Shown in pieces: positions 36,695-47,242 of a stretch of 64,000 bases of DNA. This stretch comes from Kiritimatiellia bacterium (GTDB lineage: Bacteria > Verrucomicrobiota > Kiritimatiellia > RFP12 > UBA1067). Made by a program: the position numbers and the translations under genes. Under the pieces are notes generated by a model, which saw only the letters and a program-made list of their open reading frames with translations, had not been told where the DNA came from and ran no database searches. Location of the stretch: the NCBI GenBank assembly GCA_050949565.1, contig JBMNFY010000017.1, positions 192,001 to 256,000 of the forward strand, read 5' to 3'. Numbering within the stretch: the first letter of the stretch is position 1; every line of letters starts with the position of its first letter.

Positions 36695-38089
36695 GTGAAG
36701 GCGAAAGACATACAGAAGGCCGGAGTGCAATCGGGGCCGTTGGTGAAGCTGGCCTTGAGTTTGATGGGGCCAGCGACGAAGGCAGGATTGAAGAAGAAGC
36801 AGATCACAGGACGTTTGCAGAACCTCGTCGCGGCGCCGGATGCGTTTCTTGATGATCCGCACTTCGGTGCTCTGGCGAAAGCGCTATTGGAACAGCGCGC
36901 CGCAGAATCATCCCCGGCGTTCGCCCCGTATGGCGAGCTGGAGTCAGACGCGCCGTGGCGCATGTGGGGCAGCGATATCGACCCGGCTGCGATTGAGCAG
37001 ATGCAGAACGCGTGCCGGTTGCCCGTGGCGGTTCAGGGGGCGCTGATGCCGGATGCGCATGTCGGCTATGGCCTCCCGATCGGCGGGGTGCTGGCCGTGG
37101 ACAATGCGGTCATCCCCTATGCCGTGGGTGTGGATATCGCCTGCCGCATGATGCTCACGGTGATCGATATGCCGGTCAATAGTCTTGAACGGCACCGGGA
37201 TGAGTTGATCCGCGTTCTGGAGTCCCAGACGCTCTTCGGTGCCGGCCGTGAATTCGCCAAGCCGCACGACCATCCGGTGATGCATGAGGATTGGGATTTC
37301 TGTCAGGCGGTCGCCAAAGCCAAGAGCAAAGCCCGAGGACAACTTGGAACCAGCGGCTCGGGCAATCACTTTGTGGACTACGGAACGCTGACGTTGCCGG
37401 AGGCTATGGACGATCTTCCGGCGGGCACCTATCTGGCGATTCTGTCGCACAGCGGCAGCCGTGGTGCCGGTTCGACCATCGCCGACCACTTCTCGAAGGT
37501 GGCGCGGGATTTACACAAGGGACTCCCGCGACAAATGCAGCATTTGGGCTGGCTCCCGTTGGATTGCGATGCCGGACGGGAGTATTGGCGCGCCATGCAC
37601 CTCATGGGCATGTACGCCGCAGCCAATCACGAGATCATCCACCGCAAACTCACACGGGCGTTGAAGAGTGAAGTGCTGTTTCAGATGGAGAACCACCACA
37701 ACTTTGCATGGCGGGAGACCCACGGCGGACGCGATGTGATCGTACACCGCAAGGGTGCCACACCGGCGGGTATCGGCGTCTTGGGCATGATCCCCGGATC
37801 GATGGCCAGCCCCGGCTTTTTGGTACGCGGCAAGGGCGAGGCGGCATCGCTGAACAGCGCGGCCCACGGCGCGGGACGGTTGATGTCGCGCAGCGAGGCG
37901 AAAAACCGGTTTGCATGGTCAAATGTGAAGCGCGAACTCGATGCGGCCGGCATCACGGTTCTCAGCGCAGGCACCGACGAAGTTCCGGGCGCCTACAAGG
38001 ACATCCACAAAGTCATGCGTGAGCAAGTTGATCTCGTGGAGATCATCGCCCGGTTTGATCCGAAGATCGTGAAGATGGCGCGGGATTAG
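36695..38089 (+). CDS. rtcB: RtcB family RNA ligase
   Basis: MPDAHVGYGLPIGG, GVDIAC, GSGNHF, HSGSRG, NHHNFAW, HRKGATPA, HGAGR. Confidence 0.95.
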   Translation: MKAKDIQKAGVQSGPLVKLALSLMGPATKAGLKKKQITGRLQNLVAAPDAFLDDPHFGALAKALLEQRAAESSPAFAPYGELESDAPWRMWGSDIDPAAIEQMQNACRLPVAVQGALMPDAHVGYGLPIGGVLAVDNAVIPYAVGVDIACRMMLTVIDMPVNSLERHRDELIRVLESQTLFGAGREFAKPHDHPVMHEDWDFCQAVAKAKSKARGQLGTSGSGNHFVDYGTLTLPEAMDDLPAGTYLAILSHSGSRGAGSTIADHFSKVARDLHKGLPRQMQHLGWLPLDCDAGREYWRAMHLMGMYAAANHEIIHRKLTRALKSEVLFQMENHHNFAWRETHGGRDVIVHRKGATPAGIGVLGMIPGSMASPGFLVRGKGEAASLNSAAHGAGRLMSRSEAKNRFAWSNVKRELDAAGITVLSAGTDEVPGAYKDIHKVMREQVDLVEIIARFDPKIVKMARD

Positions 38090-40466
38090 CGGCTCTCTCC
38101 GGCAGTCCCCCCTCTTTCAGACGTCGCTTGAGCCCCATGCCCTCCATCACCCGGCCTGCATCCATGTAGAGATTGGCGAGACCGTACGCAAACTCGCGGT
38201 TTTGCCATCCCGTCTCGCGGCAAGCCCGCTCAGCCAGCGTCAGCGCCCGCGCCATATTCCGGTCGGTTCGTTCCTTGGTCGCCAGGCAGGTGGCATAGCG
38301 GTAGAGGGCTTCCGCGTGATCGGGCTTCCGTCGCAGAATCTCCTCGTACTGCCGGTCGGCCTCCGCGTATTCACCGACCGTCACCGCCACCTGCGCCAAC
38401 TCCATCCGGTAGCCGATCTGCTCGGGTGCCGCCGCCACCGCGCGCGCGAAGTGCAGATAGGCGGTTTCCGGCTCGCCGCTCGCCCGCAGACAGAAGCCCA
38501 TACCGTAGTGCGAGTGCGCAGAGCCCGGCGAGAAAGAGAGCAGGTTTTCATAGCACTTGAGTCCGCCCTTAAATTCACCGATCGCGATGCGCCGCCGCCC
38601 CTCTAGCTCCAAGCTCTCGGCAAGGCGCGTCAACAGCGGATCACGCACATTGAGCTTGGCCGCCGCGCGCGCGTCGGCCAGACCGGCATCGCCCTGACCC
38701 GCCGTTGTCTGCGCCAAAGCGCGGGCGGCCAGCGTACGCGCATCGGCACAGACGAGGGTTCGGTCGCGGATCGTTTGATAGACGCCCACATCCATCTCAC
38801 CCGGCACCAGCCACTCCAACGTCTTCTGCCGCATCGGCTCAAGCGCATGCGGCGTCAGCAACTCCTCCGATGCTTCCTGACTGCTGAACACGATCTGCGG
38901 CACGCGCCGCGCGTTGACGCGCCAGCTTTCAAAACCGGTACGCTCCAGCCACGGCACCACGCCCGCGCCATCGCAGACCATGCAGGCCAGCGCTTCCGGC
39001 AAGGCGAGCACGCGTGCCCTGACAAAATCGCGCATGACCGCCTGCCGCTCGAAACAGGCCAGCATCTGATCGGCCGGGCTCTGAATCATGCCGTTGGACC
39101 CCACCAGCAGCCAGTCGTACGCACCGGTACACCAGAGCTGCATGTGGGGAAAAACACACGCAAAGTCACGGACGACCGTTGCGAAGCGCCGGGCCGACAG
39201 TGCACGTCCGTCCACATGCAGCGCCACCAGCCCACCGGACGCAAGCGCGGAGCGACACCGAGCGAACAATCGAGAACTGTACGCCTTGCGCGTGCCACGC
39301 ATCCACATCGGTTCGCCGGCCAATACGATCAGATCGTAGTTTTGACGCGGCGTGAGCCGTGCGCGGCGCGGCACAGGCGCTGTCTCCGCCTGCGTGCCGG
39401 TGATGTGGTCATCTGCGGCAAGCGTCAGTTTCAGCAGTGCCGTGTCGCATCCGCCGACCGCAAGGTCCTCCACGCCAGCACGCGCCAAGAACGGCAGATA
39501 GCGCCCCGCCTCGGGACCGAACACAGCCGCCCGCGCACACGACGGACGCAGCAGCAGCGGCACGTAAGCCGTCAACGTACGCGCCGTGTGGAAGCGGTTA
39601 CCGAACAGCAACGGCCGACCATCCTGCGCAAAGACAAACCCGTAGTCCGGATCCTCATAGGCCGCGACGCCATGGTGCCGCGTTTGGTGCGTAAACACCG
39701 GATGACCGTACGCGAATCCGCTGTCACGGTGTACCAGACGGCTGAAGACCCCGGCGGACAGTCCCGCGTCCGTCGTTGTCGGACCGGCCAAGATCAAGAC
39801 AAGGCAGACCGCCAGCGGCGGCAGCAACGACCATGCACCACGCGCCAACGCCAGACCGGCAAGCACGCCGAACCACAGCGCCGCCACACGCAACACCCCA
39901 AAGCCCAACCATGGGATCAATACACGCGAACCGACACCCGCCCCGATACTGACCGGCAACAGAACCAGCAACACGCCCAACGTGAGCAACGCCCCCGCAC
40001 TGCTTTCGCGCACGTCTTGACGGACCATCTGCAACGCGACCCGTACAGCCGCCCCCATCACTAGCGCCGGTAGCGCTGCAAAGAGCAGGCCGGTACGGAA
40101 CAACAGCGATAGATACTGCGTCTCGCGCCGCGTCAGCGCATTCAGCACCGCCTGCCAGGCCATGGCTAGTCGAGGTGCGCAGACCCCCTGCACGATCACG
40201 CTGGCGGCCAGCATCAACAAAAGCAGGCTCATCAATACCGCGCCGCTACGCAGCAGACTCCGGCGGAAGGCGAGCATCACCGCCACATAGCCCAGCGTGA
40301 GCCCACCGCCTACACAGCCCCAAAACATCAGTCCCGTGTGAAGTGTCCGGCCAGCCACCGCATCCATCATGCGCAGCCCCGCCGCCAGCAAAACTCCCAT
40401 CATCAGACCGGCCGCCACACAGATGGCCACACGCCAGCTAGCCTGATCCACCCGGATTCCTCTCAT
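38043..40466 (-). CDS. Multi-TM membrane protein fused to a spermidine-synthase-like domain and C-terminal TPRs
   Basis: Several N-terminal TM helices, YDLIVL.GEP.W, LASGGLVA, FPH.QLW, and TPR-like AHSHYGMG...A...F.RAV...P. The SAM-binding Gly motif looks degenerate (FGPEAGR). Confidence 0.7.
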   Translation of the reverse strand: MRGIRVDQASWRVAICVAAGLMMGVLLAAGLRMMDAVAGRTLHTGLMFWGCVGGGLTLGYVAVMLAFRRSLLRSGAVLMSLLLLMLAASVIVQGVCAPRLAMAWQAVLNALTRRETQYLSLLFRTGLLFAALPALVMGAAVRVALQMVRQDVRESSAGALLTLGVLLVLLPVSIGAGVGSRVLIPWLGFGVLRVAALWFGVLAGLALARGAWSLLPPLAVCLVLILAGPTTTDAGLSAGVFSRLVHRDSGFAYGHPVFTHQTRHHGVAAYEDPDYGFVFAQDGRPLLFGNRFHTARTLTAYVPLLLRPSCARAAVFGPEAGRYLPFLARAGVEDLAVGGCDTALLKLTLAADDHITGTQAETAPVPRRARLTPRQNYDLIVLAGEPMWMRGTRKAYSSRLFARCRSALASGGLVALHVDGRALSARRFATVVRDFACVFPHMQLWCTGAYDWLLVGSNGMIQSPADQMLACFERQAVMRDFVRARVLALPEALACMVCDGAGVVPWLERTGFESWRVNARRVPQIVFSSQEASEELLTPHALEPMRQKTLEWLVPGEMDVGVYQTIRDRTLVCADARTLAARALAQTTAGQGDAGLADARAAAKLNVRDPLLTRLAESLELEGRRRIAIGEFKGGLKCYENLLSFSPGSAHSHYGMGFCLRASGEPETAYLHFARAVAAAPEQIGYRMELAQVAVTVGEYAEADRQYEEILRRKPDHAEALYRYATCLATKERTDRNMARALTLAERACRETGWQNREFAYGLANLYMDAGRVMEGMGLKRRLKEGGLPERAANPAPSSRSSDQTGR

Positions 40467-40482
40467 GAACGCCCTCATTCCT

Positions 40483-41304
40483 TCACAGATCCCTATGCAC
40501 TGCGTCCGCACGCTGCGCCACTGCGACACGTCCATACGGCAAGGCGATGCCCTCTTGATCAAACCGCACCTTGATGTCCCGCAACAGCGATGTGCGCGTC
40601 GCGAAAAATTCTTGGTTATCGGCCCAGACCCCCACCAGAAAATCCAGTGACGTCTCATCCAGACCTCGCAAGGCAATCACCGGCTCTGGATCGTTGAAAC
40701 ACGCCGGATTCGCGATAATCACCTCGCGCAGCACCGTCATCACGCGCTCTGGGTTCTCCCTGCACGCCACACGGAGATCCAGATCAATACGCCGGATCGG
40801 ATAACGGGTCAGGTTAATCAGCTTGGATTTGGCGAGCATCTCATTCGGAAAACGGATGACCCGGTTATCGTAGGCACGGATATACGTGGAGAGCATTTCA
40901 ATGCTATGGACATAGCCCCTCGACCCGTCGACCTCGATCAAGTCGCCGATCTTAAACGGGCGCTCCACCACCAGAAAGAGGCCGCTGATCAGATTTGACA
41001 GGCCGGTCTGCGAAGCAAAGCCGATAGCCACACCGGCGAGCCCCGCCGCGCCCAACAGTGCCGTGATGTCCACCCCGGTACTGTGGATCAGCGCAAGCAC
41101 AAACGGCAGGATCACGAGGAATTTGACCCCTTTGGAAAACGCGCGCGCCTTGTCCGCGCCCAGTTTGCGTAAAAGTCCGGCATAGGTCAGGCGTGCCAGC
41201 AGCGAAGAGATCCAATATCCGAGAATCAACCAGGCGCAGGCACCCAGAAAGGGCAGCGCATAATCGCTCAACACCGTACTCAGTTTGGAGTTTTTCACAG
41301 TCAC
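40483..41304 (-). CDS. mscS: Small-conductance mechanosensitive channel
   Basis: GAAGLAGVAIGFASQ..LSNLISG...ERPFKIGD.I, G.V..I, IRFPN. Confidence 0.92.
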   Translation of the reverse strand: MTVKNSKLSTVLSDYALPFLGACAWLILGYWISSLLARLTYAGLLRKLGADKARAFSKGVKFLVILPFVLALIHSTGVDITALLGAAGLAGVAIGFASQTGLSNLISGLFLVVERPFKIGDLIEVDGSRGYVHSIEMLSTYIRAYDNRVIRFPNEMLAKSKLINLTRYPIRRIDLDLRVACRENPERVMTVLREVIIANPACFNDPEPVIALRGLDETSLDFLVGVWADNQEFFATRTSLLRDIKVRFDQEGIALPYGRVAVAQRADAVHRDL

Positions 41305-41319
41305 GGCTCCGTCGTCCTG

Positions 41320-42105
41320 TTAATAGGGTTGTTTAAAAATAGTGCCAGCGATCACACGCGCCGTGAGGCGGCCCGAAGGCACCACGCGCGGCCCGGAGAG
41401 GAGCTTCGCCCCTCTGGCCTGCTTGGGTGCCTTGCGTCCGAACGTGACCGACGCCGGAAAGACGCTACCGGTATAACCTAGGTTGCATTCATTGGTCCAC
41501 AGTTTGCCATCGGCGGTCTGGTACACGCTCATGTGGCGCACGCTCAGCAGAAGCTGCGCAAAGACCAAGGCTTCGTCAGTATGGTTTTCGATCAACACCG
41601 GGCAGATGGCGCGTCCTTCTATATCGGTCAACGCCGCCATTTCCTGCCGCGCCCGCGTGGTCAGCGCATAGCCGATCTCGCCCTCCTCCGACGGATGGCC
41701 GAACCAAGTTTTGGAGAGCAGGACTGTCGGATAGTCGCCCAACGCAACACTGGGGGATGCTCCAGTCTGCACGCGCATCCACACGGGAATCGTCACCAAA
41801 AAGAGACCTTGGTGGCGCGGCGCGATCTCGATGCGACCCTCCGGGCGGCTCACCACCGAGCGATCCGGCAACACCGGCACCAAGCGCACGGCGGCGGTAT
41901 TGAGCGGCGTGACAAAACGTTGCCACTCAAGGTCAGGCGGCACCTCGTTACATACCTGCAGCGGCGTAAATCCCTCCTGCGCCTCGTGGCGGAACGCCGT
42001 TTGCCACCCCTGCGATGTCCGCTGTAACCACAACCGCAACTGCGCCATCTCGCAGGCGTAAGTCACGCCCATCTCGCACGTATACTGCTCCCATCCCGCT
42101 TTCAT
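41320..42105 (-). CDS. DUF432-like conserved hypothetical protein
   Basis: L.PVLPDRSVVSRP, IPVW, LSKTWFG....GEIGYAL.T. Adjacent to mscS. Confidence 0.55.
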   Translation of the reverse strand: MKAGWEQYTCEMGVTYACEMAQLRLWLQRTSQGWQTAFRHEAQEGFTPLQVCNEVPPDLEWQRFVTPLNTAAVRLVPVLPDRSVVSRPEGRIEIAPRHQGLFLVTIPVWMRVQTGASPSVALGDYPTVLLSKTWFGHPSEEGEIGYALTTRARQEMAALTDIEGRAICPVLIENHTDEALVFAQLLLSVRHMSVYQTADGKLWTNECNLGYTGSVFPASVTFGRKAPKQARGAKLLSGPRVVPSGRLTARVIAGTIFKQPY

Positions 42106-42194
42106 GCCGCAAGTATAGCAAGAGAGGACGAAGAGTGAATAGCGAATAACGAACACGGGCGGAGCCCCAAGTTGGTTAGTTAATTAGTGAGCCA

Positions 42195-42400
42195 CTTTTT
42201 GCGACCACCCAGTGGTCGCAAAGATGAGGTTAAAACCTTACACCATGCAGCCGCGCCCCGCCCGTGACCATTCACAGCATTTTGGGCACTTTTCTGGGCT
42301 GTCTCCCCGCACGCCCTTCATTGCATGCTCTTCGTGCGCCCGGCACCCATCCTCCCGACCATTTTTACACTCATCATTGTGACCACCCAGTGGTCACAAT
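42195..42400 (-). mobile_element. ~205-bp REPIN/MITE-like element, copy 2
   Basis: Palindromic ends ttgcgaccacccagtggtcgcaa and ttgtgaccacccagtggtcacaa. Internal sequence aligns with 32786-32995. Confidence 0.7.
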
Positions 42401-42535
42401 AACTTGCGGCCAGCCCTGCCCTCCTAAAAAAACTCTGCGTCTCTGCGCCTCTGCGTTAAAAAACCCGAGCAATGCCCAAAAAAATCTGCGTAATCTTGCA
42501 ATCTGTGGATGTAAAAAACCGCAGCCCTGCCCCCA

Positions 42536-43579
42536 TCAGGTGCGCACACATCGATACGCGTCAGCCAGGGAGATTGATTCGGTGGGCGAGATCAGAAAAC
42601 GTTCAAAGCCCGCCTCGTAAAGCAACATCCGACAGGCGTTGACGTCCCGCCCGCGGCGTCCCAGAGTCTCTTTTTCCAAGTCGCGCGGGTTTGCCCCGCT
42701 CTCGGCGCAGATCGCGTTCGCCCCGGCCGTGAGACCGAGCAGATTCGGCTCATGTACCGCGATGGTTTTTGTCTCGGGACAGGTCAGCGTCGCCAGCGTG
42801 ACCACGGCGGTCACCTGCGCAAGCCGAAGTTCTGAAATCTGGCCGCGAGGAGCCAATGGCGTCGACGGCACGTACACGCGCCGCATGGCGGCATGCTGAA
42901 AGCATCCGTACTCGACCCCGATGAAAATCTGGTCCGCCAGCTCCTCCGCGCTATGCTCTGGCCCGATGGGTTCGCAACAATAGTACCAGTCCAGCCCGGC
43001 CTCCTTGATGATGCGGATCGTCGCCTTGCGCTGCTCGGGATCGAGTGCGGTATCGCTCCCCTCTCTGAGCCGACAGACGTGGTAAGCGCCGCTGACGCCC
43101 GCCGCCTTCAAGTCCCGCACTTGCGCCGCGTCTAAATCCCCGATGTTGACGACAAGCTGAGTGTGCCGCGGTATCCGCTCCAACGCCTTTTGTACGATGC
43201 GCGTCAACCGCTCGAAGTCGAACGTGTGCATGGTCATGAGAAAGAGGGCGTAAAGCTCCCCCGTGTTCGTAAAGTCGTCAACGCCGTGCAGAATCTCCTC
43301 GTCGCTCATCACGCTCGGCTCGAACGTCGTATGTCCTTCTCCGAAAGCACAGAACTTGCATTTGCCCGGACAGGCCGCGATATCGACGCCGATCTGCCCG
43401 AAGAGAATTCCGCTGTTGTTGAAGCGTCGCCTGGTGCTCGCGTCCGCAACAGCGCGCAGAAGCGCGGCCTCCAGAGATGTCTCAGGAAACTGCAGCAGAA
43501 AAACACACTCGTCACGATTGGGGGCGACACCCTCCTGCGCCGCCTCAAGAATCCCCAGCACTCTCTTATCAACGTTCAT
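42536..43579 (-). CDS. Radical SAM protein, biotin-synthase/HydE/PylB-related
   Basis: CPGKCKFC, additional YYCCEPIG, AGANAI.AE. Start at MNVDKR with RBS GGAGG; the longer ORF extension crosses repeat DNA. Confidence 0.8.
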   Translation of the reverse strand: MNVDKRVLGILEAAQEGVAPNRDECVFLLQFPETSLEAALLRAVADASTRRRFNNSGILFGQIGVDIAACPGKCKFCAFGEGHTTFEPSVMSDEEILHGVDDFTNTGELYALFLMTMHTFDFERLTRIVQKALERIPRHTQLVVNIGDLDAAQVRDLKAAGVSGAYHVCRLREGSDTALDPEQRKATIRIIKEAGLDWYYCCEPIGPEHSAEELADQIFIGVEYGCFQHAAMRRVYVPSTPLAPRGQISELRLAQVTAVVTLATLTCPETKTIAVHEPNLLGLTAGANAICAESGANPRDLEKETLGRRGRDVNACRMLLYEAGFERFLISPTESISLADAYRCVRT

Positions 43580-43684
43580 CTTAGCCCTCCATCCATTGCC
43601 GTTACTATGGTTGCCAGCATAGCAAAAAAGCGCCCCCGCGTCATCGGCAAGTGATCTACCCGTAATTCGGTAACGGGAACCCTC

Positions 43685-43731
43685 GTGGCATGGGCGTTCC
43701 CCGTGGGACACGGGCAAGATGCCCGTGCCAC
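43685..43731. repeat. Inverted pair of GTGG-REP hairpins
   Basis: gtggcatgggcgttccccgtg...cacgggcaagatgcccgtgccac. Family members at 35042-35064, 48333-48357, 49508-49525 and 53326-53374. Confidence 0.75.
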
Positions 43732-43840
43732 ACCTGCAAGCAAAAGAGTTGGCAAGCGCCTTCAACGAAAAAGCAGCACTGTGCCTTTTTAATATTTTGT
43801 GTTTTCGTGGCAAGAACCTGGGTTGTGGGCTCCGCCCGCG

Positions 43841-44599
43841 TTAGAATGAAGCGCGCAAAGCAACCCCTCCGTAGAACATGCTGCGTAGCCCCTCATCGTC
43901 AGCGTATTTGTCGGCATTATCATTGATCGCAAACGAATAGGCGATGTTCCCTGACAGTTCGAGCCCCGTCTTGAGCGGTACCGCCGCCTCCAGCACCAGC
44001 GCAAAGTGGTTCGCGCCGTCGTGGCCGTCGGCCATGTAGCCCGCGTTCCAACCCATCACCGCTGCCGGTGTGAGGGTGAGCCAATCCGCAACCTCGCACT
44101 CCCTGTTGATGTATGTTTCAAAAAATGCGCCTTCGGCATCGAAGGAGTAGTAGCCGTCAACTCCGGCGGCGAACCCGGCTGGCAGTCCCGAATACGAGAG
44201 GCCAGCGCCGATTTCATTGTCGTTCTCTTTGTCGCTCAAAAAACGCAGGAACGTGTACGAGACGTAAGCCTCCCAGTCGTTCCATTCGAGGGTGTAGGCT
44301 GTGCCGACGTTCACCTCGCGGTAGTCCGTATCGGGGCTTGATGCGTACCACACGTTGACCGAAAGCCCCTCATAGGTGGCCTCGATCGTCGTGCCCGCCA
44401 GACTGTCACCGGCAAGGTTGTCGCGGCCTTCGCTGACGTAGCGGCTGTCCCATGCGGCACTGATGTCGAAGTCGAGAACATCTAAAAGACCCGCCTCTTC
44501 CTCGGCAAGCACGCCCGTTGCGGTCGTTGAAGCGACCGCCATGAGAAGTGCCAATGTGATGTTCCGCCTACGTCCATTTGTTTTGCTCACGACCTGCAT
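43841..44599 (-). CDS. Outer-membrane beta-barrel protein (putative porin) at the end of the feo operon
   Basis: Signal peptide, WDSRYVSEGRD, alternating aromatic strands, C-terminal ...GVALRASF beta-signal. Confidence 0.7.
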   Translation of the reverse strand: MQVVSKTNGRRRNITLALLMAVASTTATGVLAEEEAGLLDVLDFDISAAWDSRYVSEGRDNLAGDSLAGTTIEATYEGLSVNVWYASSPDTDYREVNVGTAYTLEWNDWEAYVSYTFLRFLSDKENDNEIGAGLSYSGLPAGFAAGVDGYYSFDAEGAFFETYINRECEVADWLTLTPAAVMGWNAGYMADGHDGANHFALVLEAAVPLKTGLELSGNIAYSFAINDNADKYADDEGLRSMFYGGVALRASF

Positions 44600-44784
44600 G
44601 TCATTTTCCTTTCCCGTTGTTTTTCTTTCTTACCTCCGGCAGTCGCCAGACACACAGATGCCTGACAACATCCGGCACATCCTTCGCAATATCCATCCTT
44701 CGACATCATGAACCGCACGAGCGGGCGCACTGTGAAGAACAGCGCCGCACCGACGATGACGACAATGACCACACTCTCCCACAT
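44587..44784 (-). CDS. FeoB-associated Cys-rich membrane protein
   Basis: One TM helix then C.GCAGCC...C, directly downstream of feoB with RBS GAGGAGG. Confidence 0.75.
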   Translation of the reverse strand: MWESVVIVVIVGAALFFTVRPLVRFMMSKDGYCEGCAGCCQASVCLATAGGKKEKQRERKMTCRS

Positions 44785-44799
44785 AGCATCCTCCTCGAC

Positions 44800-46866
44800 T
44801 TACGCCCCGATCCCGAGGGCCGATCCCACCTGATACACGACCAGCGTCACCCCGTAGGCCAGCAGCGTCAGACCGACCAACTGAAACAAGGCCCACTTCC
44901 ACGAGTTGCTTTCGCGCTTGGTGACCGCGATCGTCGCCATGCACGGCGCGGAGATCAGCATGAAGAGCATGATGCAGAAGCCCGCCAGCGGCGAGTAGTT
45001 GGCTCTCAGCTTGTCGCGCAGCGGCTCCGACTCCTCGTCGGCCTCGCCCACGGAGTAGACGATGCCCATCTGCGCCACGAAGACTTCTTTCGCCGCGAAC
45101 GCGCCGATCATGGCCGTACCGATACGCCAGTCGAAGCCCATCGGCTTGATGAGCGGCTCCATGGCGTGGCCGATCCGCCCGGCGATGGAGTACGAAAGTT
45201 CGGCGGCCTGCTGATCCTCGGCGGAGAGATTGGGGTCCACATCCTTCGGCTTCGGGAAGCTGGTCATCACCCACAAGAGAACTGAAATGGCCAGAATCAA
45301 CGTACCGGCCTTCTTGAGATAAACACCGCCGCGCTCCCACATGTGGATCAAGACGCTCTTGAGTGTGGGCACGCGGTAAGGCGGCAGCTCCATGACGAAC
45401 GGCACCGACTCCCCCTTGAAGATCGTCGAGCGCAGCAACTTGGCGCAGACGATGGCCAGCACAATGCCGATCATGTAGATGATCCACAGCATGGGCGCAT
45501 GCCAGGCTTCCGGGAAGAAAGCCGGAATGATCAACGCGTAGATCGGCAGCCGCGCGCCGCAGCTCATCAGCGGCAGCACCAGCATCGTGGTCAGCCGGTC
45601 GCGCCGGCTCTCCAGTGTGCGCGTGGCCATGATGCCGGGGATCGAACAGCCGAAGCCCGTCAGCATGGGAATGAAGCTCTTGCCGTGAAGACCGATCTTG
45701 TTCATGAGCCGGTCCATCATGAAGGCCGCCCGCGCCATGTAGCCGGAGTCCTCCAGCACGGCAATCGCCAGAAACAGCAGCAGGATATTCGGCAGGAACA
45801 CGAGCACCCCGCCGACGCCGCCGATGATGCCGTCCACCAGCAGCGACTTGAGCAGGCTCTCCGATCCCTCCGGCCACCAGCCACCAACAAACTCGCCCAG
45901 CCACCCGAAGAATCCTTCGATCCAGTCCATGGGCGGGGTGCCCACGGTAAAGGTGAGCCAAAAGACCAGATACATCAACCCCAGAAAGATCGGCAGTCCC
46001 CAAAAGCGGTGGATAACAATCTCGTCAATGCGATCCGAGCGCGTGCGTCGCGCTTCGACCGTCGAACGTACGGCTTGGCGGCACACGCCGGAGATGAAGC
46101 CGTAGCGGCGGTCGGCGATGATCATCTCCGCCGTGTCGCCCAAAAGTTTCTCGATCCGCGCCTGTTCGGCTCCGACCGTCTCCAGTACCTCCGGTGCAAA
46201 AAACTGCTTGGCCACTTCCGGGTCGTTTTCGAGGAGCTTTACGGCTGTCCAGCGGGCTTCCGCGTCGTTGACGAAGTCGGTGTGGTGCTGCACCTGCTGT
46301 CGGACAGCGGCAATAGCACGCTCAATGTCGGTGCCGTAGTTGATTTCGAGTGCGTCAACGGGCTGACCCGCATCAGCGACGCGGACCGCCGCATCCAGCA
46401 ATTCCCGCATGCCGATGTTCTTGTTACCGACCGTCGGGATAATCGGTGCCCCGAGCAACAAGGCGAGTGTGTCGAGATCGAAGTCCAGTCCCCGCGACTT
46501 GGCCACATCGCTCATGTTGAAGGCAAAGACGACGGGAACGCCGAGTTCCAAAAGCTGGACTCCGAGATACAGGTTGCGCTCAAGGTTCGAGGCGTCTACA
46601 ACATCGATGACCACGTCCGGCTTCTCATCGATGATGGAGTTGCGCGCCACCAGCTCCTCAACGGAGTATGCGGTCAGGCTGTAGGTGCCCGGCAGATCCA
46701 CAACCTTCAGTTCCCGCTCTCCATGGCGGCAGGTGCCCTCCTTCTTCTCGACCGTCACGCCGGGATAGTTTCCGACGTGTTGGCGGGAGCCCGTGATATT
46801 ATTGAACAATGTTGTCTTGCCGGAGTTCGGATTGCCGGCCAGTGCAACCATGATCGGTTTTTTCAT
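44800..46866 (-). CDS. feoB: Ferrous iron transporter B
   Basis: GNPNSGKT, VGNYPGVTVE, DLPGTYSL, LEDSGYMARAA, GFGCS.P, MSCGARLP, MELPPY. Confidence 0.97.
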   Translation of the reverse strand: MKKPIMVALAGNPNSGKTTLFNNITGSRQHVGNYPGVTVEKKEGTCRHGERELKVVDLPGTYSLTAYSVEELVARNSIIDEKPDVVIDVVDASNLERNLYLGVQLLELGVPVVFAFNMSDVAKSRGLDFDLDTLALLLGAPIIPTVGNKNIGMRELLDAAVRVADAGQPVDALEINYGTDIERAIAAVRQQVQHHTDFVNDAEARWTAVKLLENDPEVAKQFFAPEVLETVGAEQARIEKLLGDTAEMIIADRRYGFISGVCRQAVRSTVEARRTRSDRIDEIVIHRFWGLPIFLGLMYLVFWLTFTVGTPPMDWIEGFFGWLGEFVGGWWPEGSESLLKSLLVDGIIGGVGGVLVFLPNILLLFLAIAVLEDSGYMARAAFMMDRLMNKIGLHGKSFIPMLTGFGCSIPGIMATRTLESRRDRLTTMLVLPLMSCGARLPIYALIIPAFFPEAWHAPMLWIIYMIGIVLAIVCAKLLRSTIFKGESVPFVMELPPYRVPTLKSVLIHMWERGGVYLKKAGTLILAISVLLWVMTSFPKPKDVDPNLSAEDQQAAELSYSIAGRIGHAMEPLIKPMGFDWRIGTAMIGAFAAKEVFVAQMGIVYSVGEADEESEPLRDKLRANYSPLAGFCIMLFMLISAPCMATIAVTKRESNSWKWALFQLVGLTLLAYGVTLVVYQVGSALGIGA

Positions 46867-46972
46867 TCAGTTCCTTTCCCGCGTCGTGCGCCCCAAAGTG
46901 CGGCGACGCAATGAATGTTCGTCTTGCCAAACTTTTATTGCAAAAAAAGAGAAGGTGCCGGTTTTCCGAGGA

Positions 46973-47242
46973 TTACGACCGGGTTTCCCCATCATCCTCT
47001 ACCGACACCTTCTCCGCCATCCCGCGCCCCAACATCAGCCGACTGCCGTTGATCCCGAGAATCACCGGGCCGTCATGATCGTTATGGTACACCTGCACCT
47101 GCGCCCCGGGCAACAGCCCCATCGCAGTCAACCGCGCGGCCAGACCTTCACCAGCCTGCACGCGGCGCAGCCGCACCGAGCGTCCTTCCGGAACCAGACT
47201 CAAAGGCATCCACATTGCCGGGTTCATGGTTGCGCACCTCAC
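46973..47242 (-). CDS. feoA: FeoA family protein
   Basis: PLS.V..G..V......G.....RL.AMGLLPG..V, G.RL.LGRGMA.KV.V. Confidence 0.88.
   Translation of the reverse strand: MRCATMNPAMWMPLSLVPEGRSVRLRRVQAGEGLAARLTAMGLLPGAQVQVYHNDHDGPVILGINGSRLMLGRGMAEKVSVEDDGETRS

Noticed and set aside
43580-43840. Riboswitch upstream of the radical SAM gene, or the longer N-terminus in the ORF track
   Set aside because: The hairpins are REP family copies seen elsewhere; no SAM/cobalamin/TPP consensus recognised.
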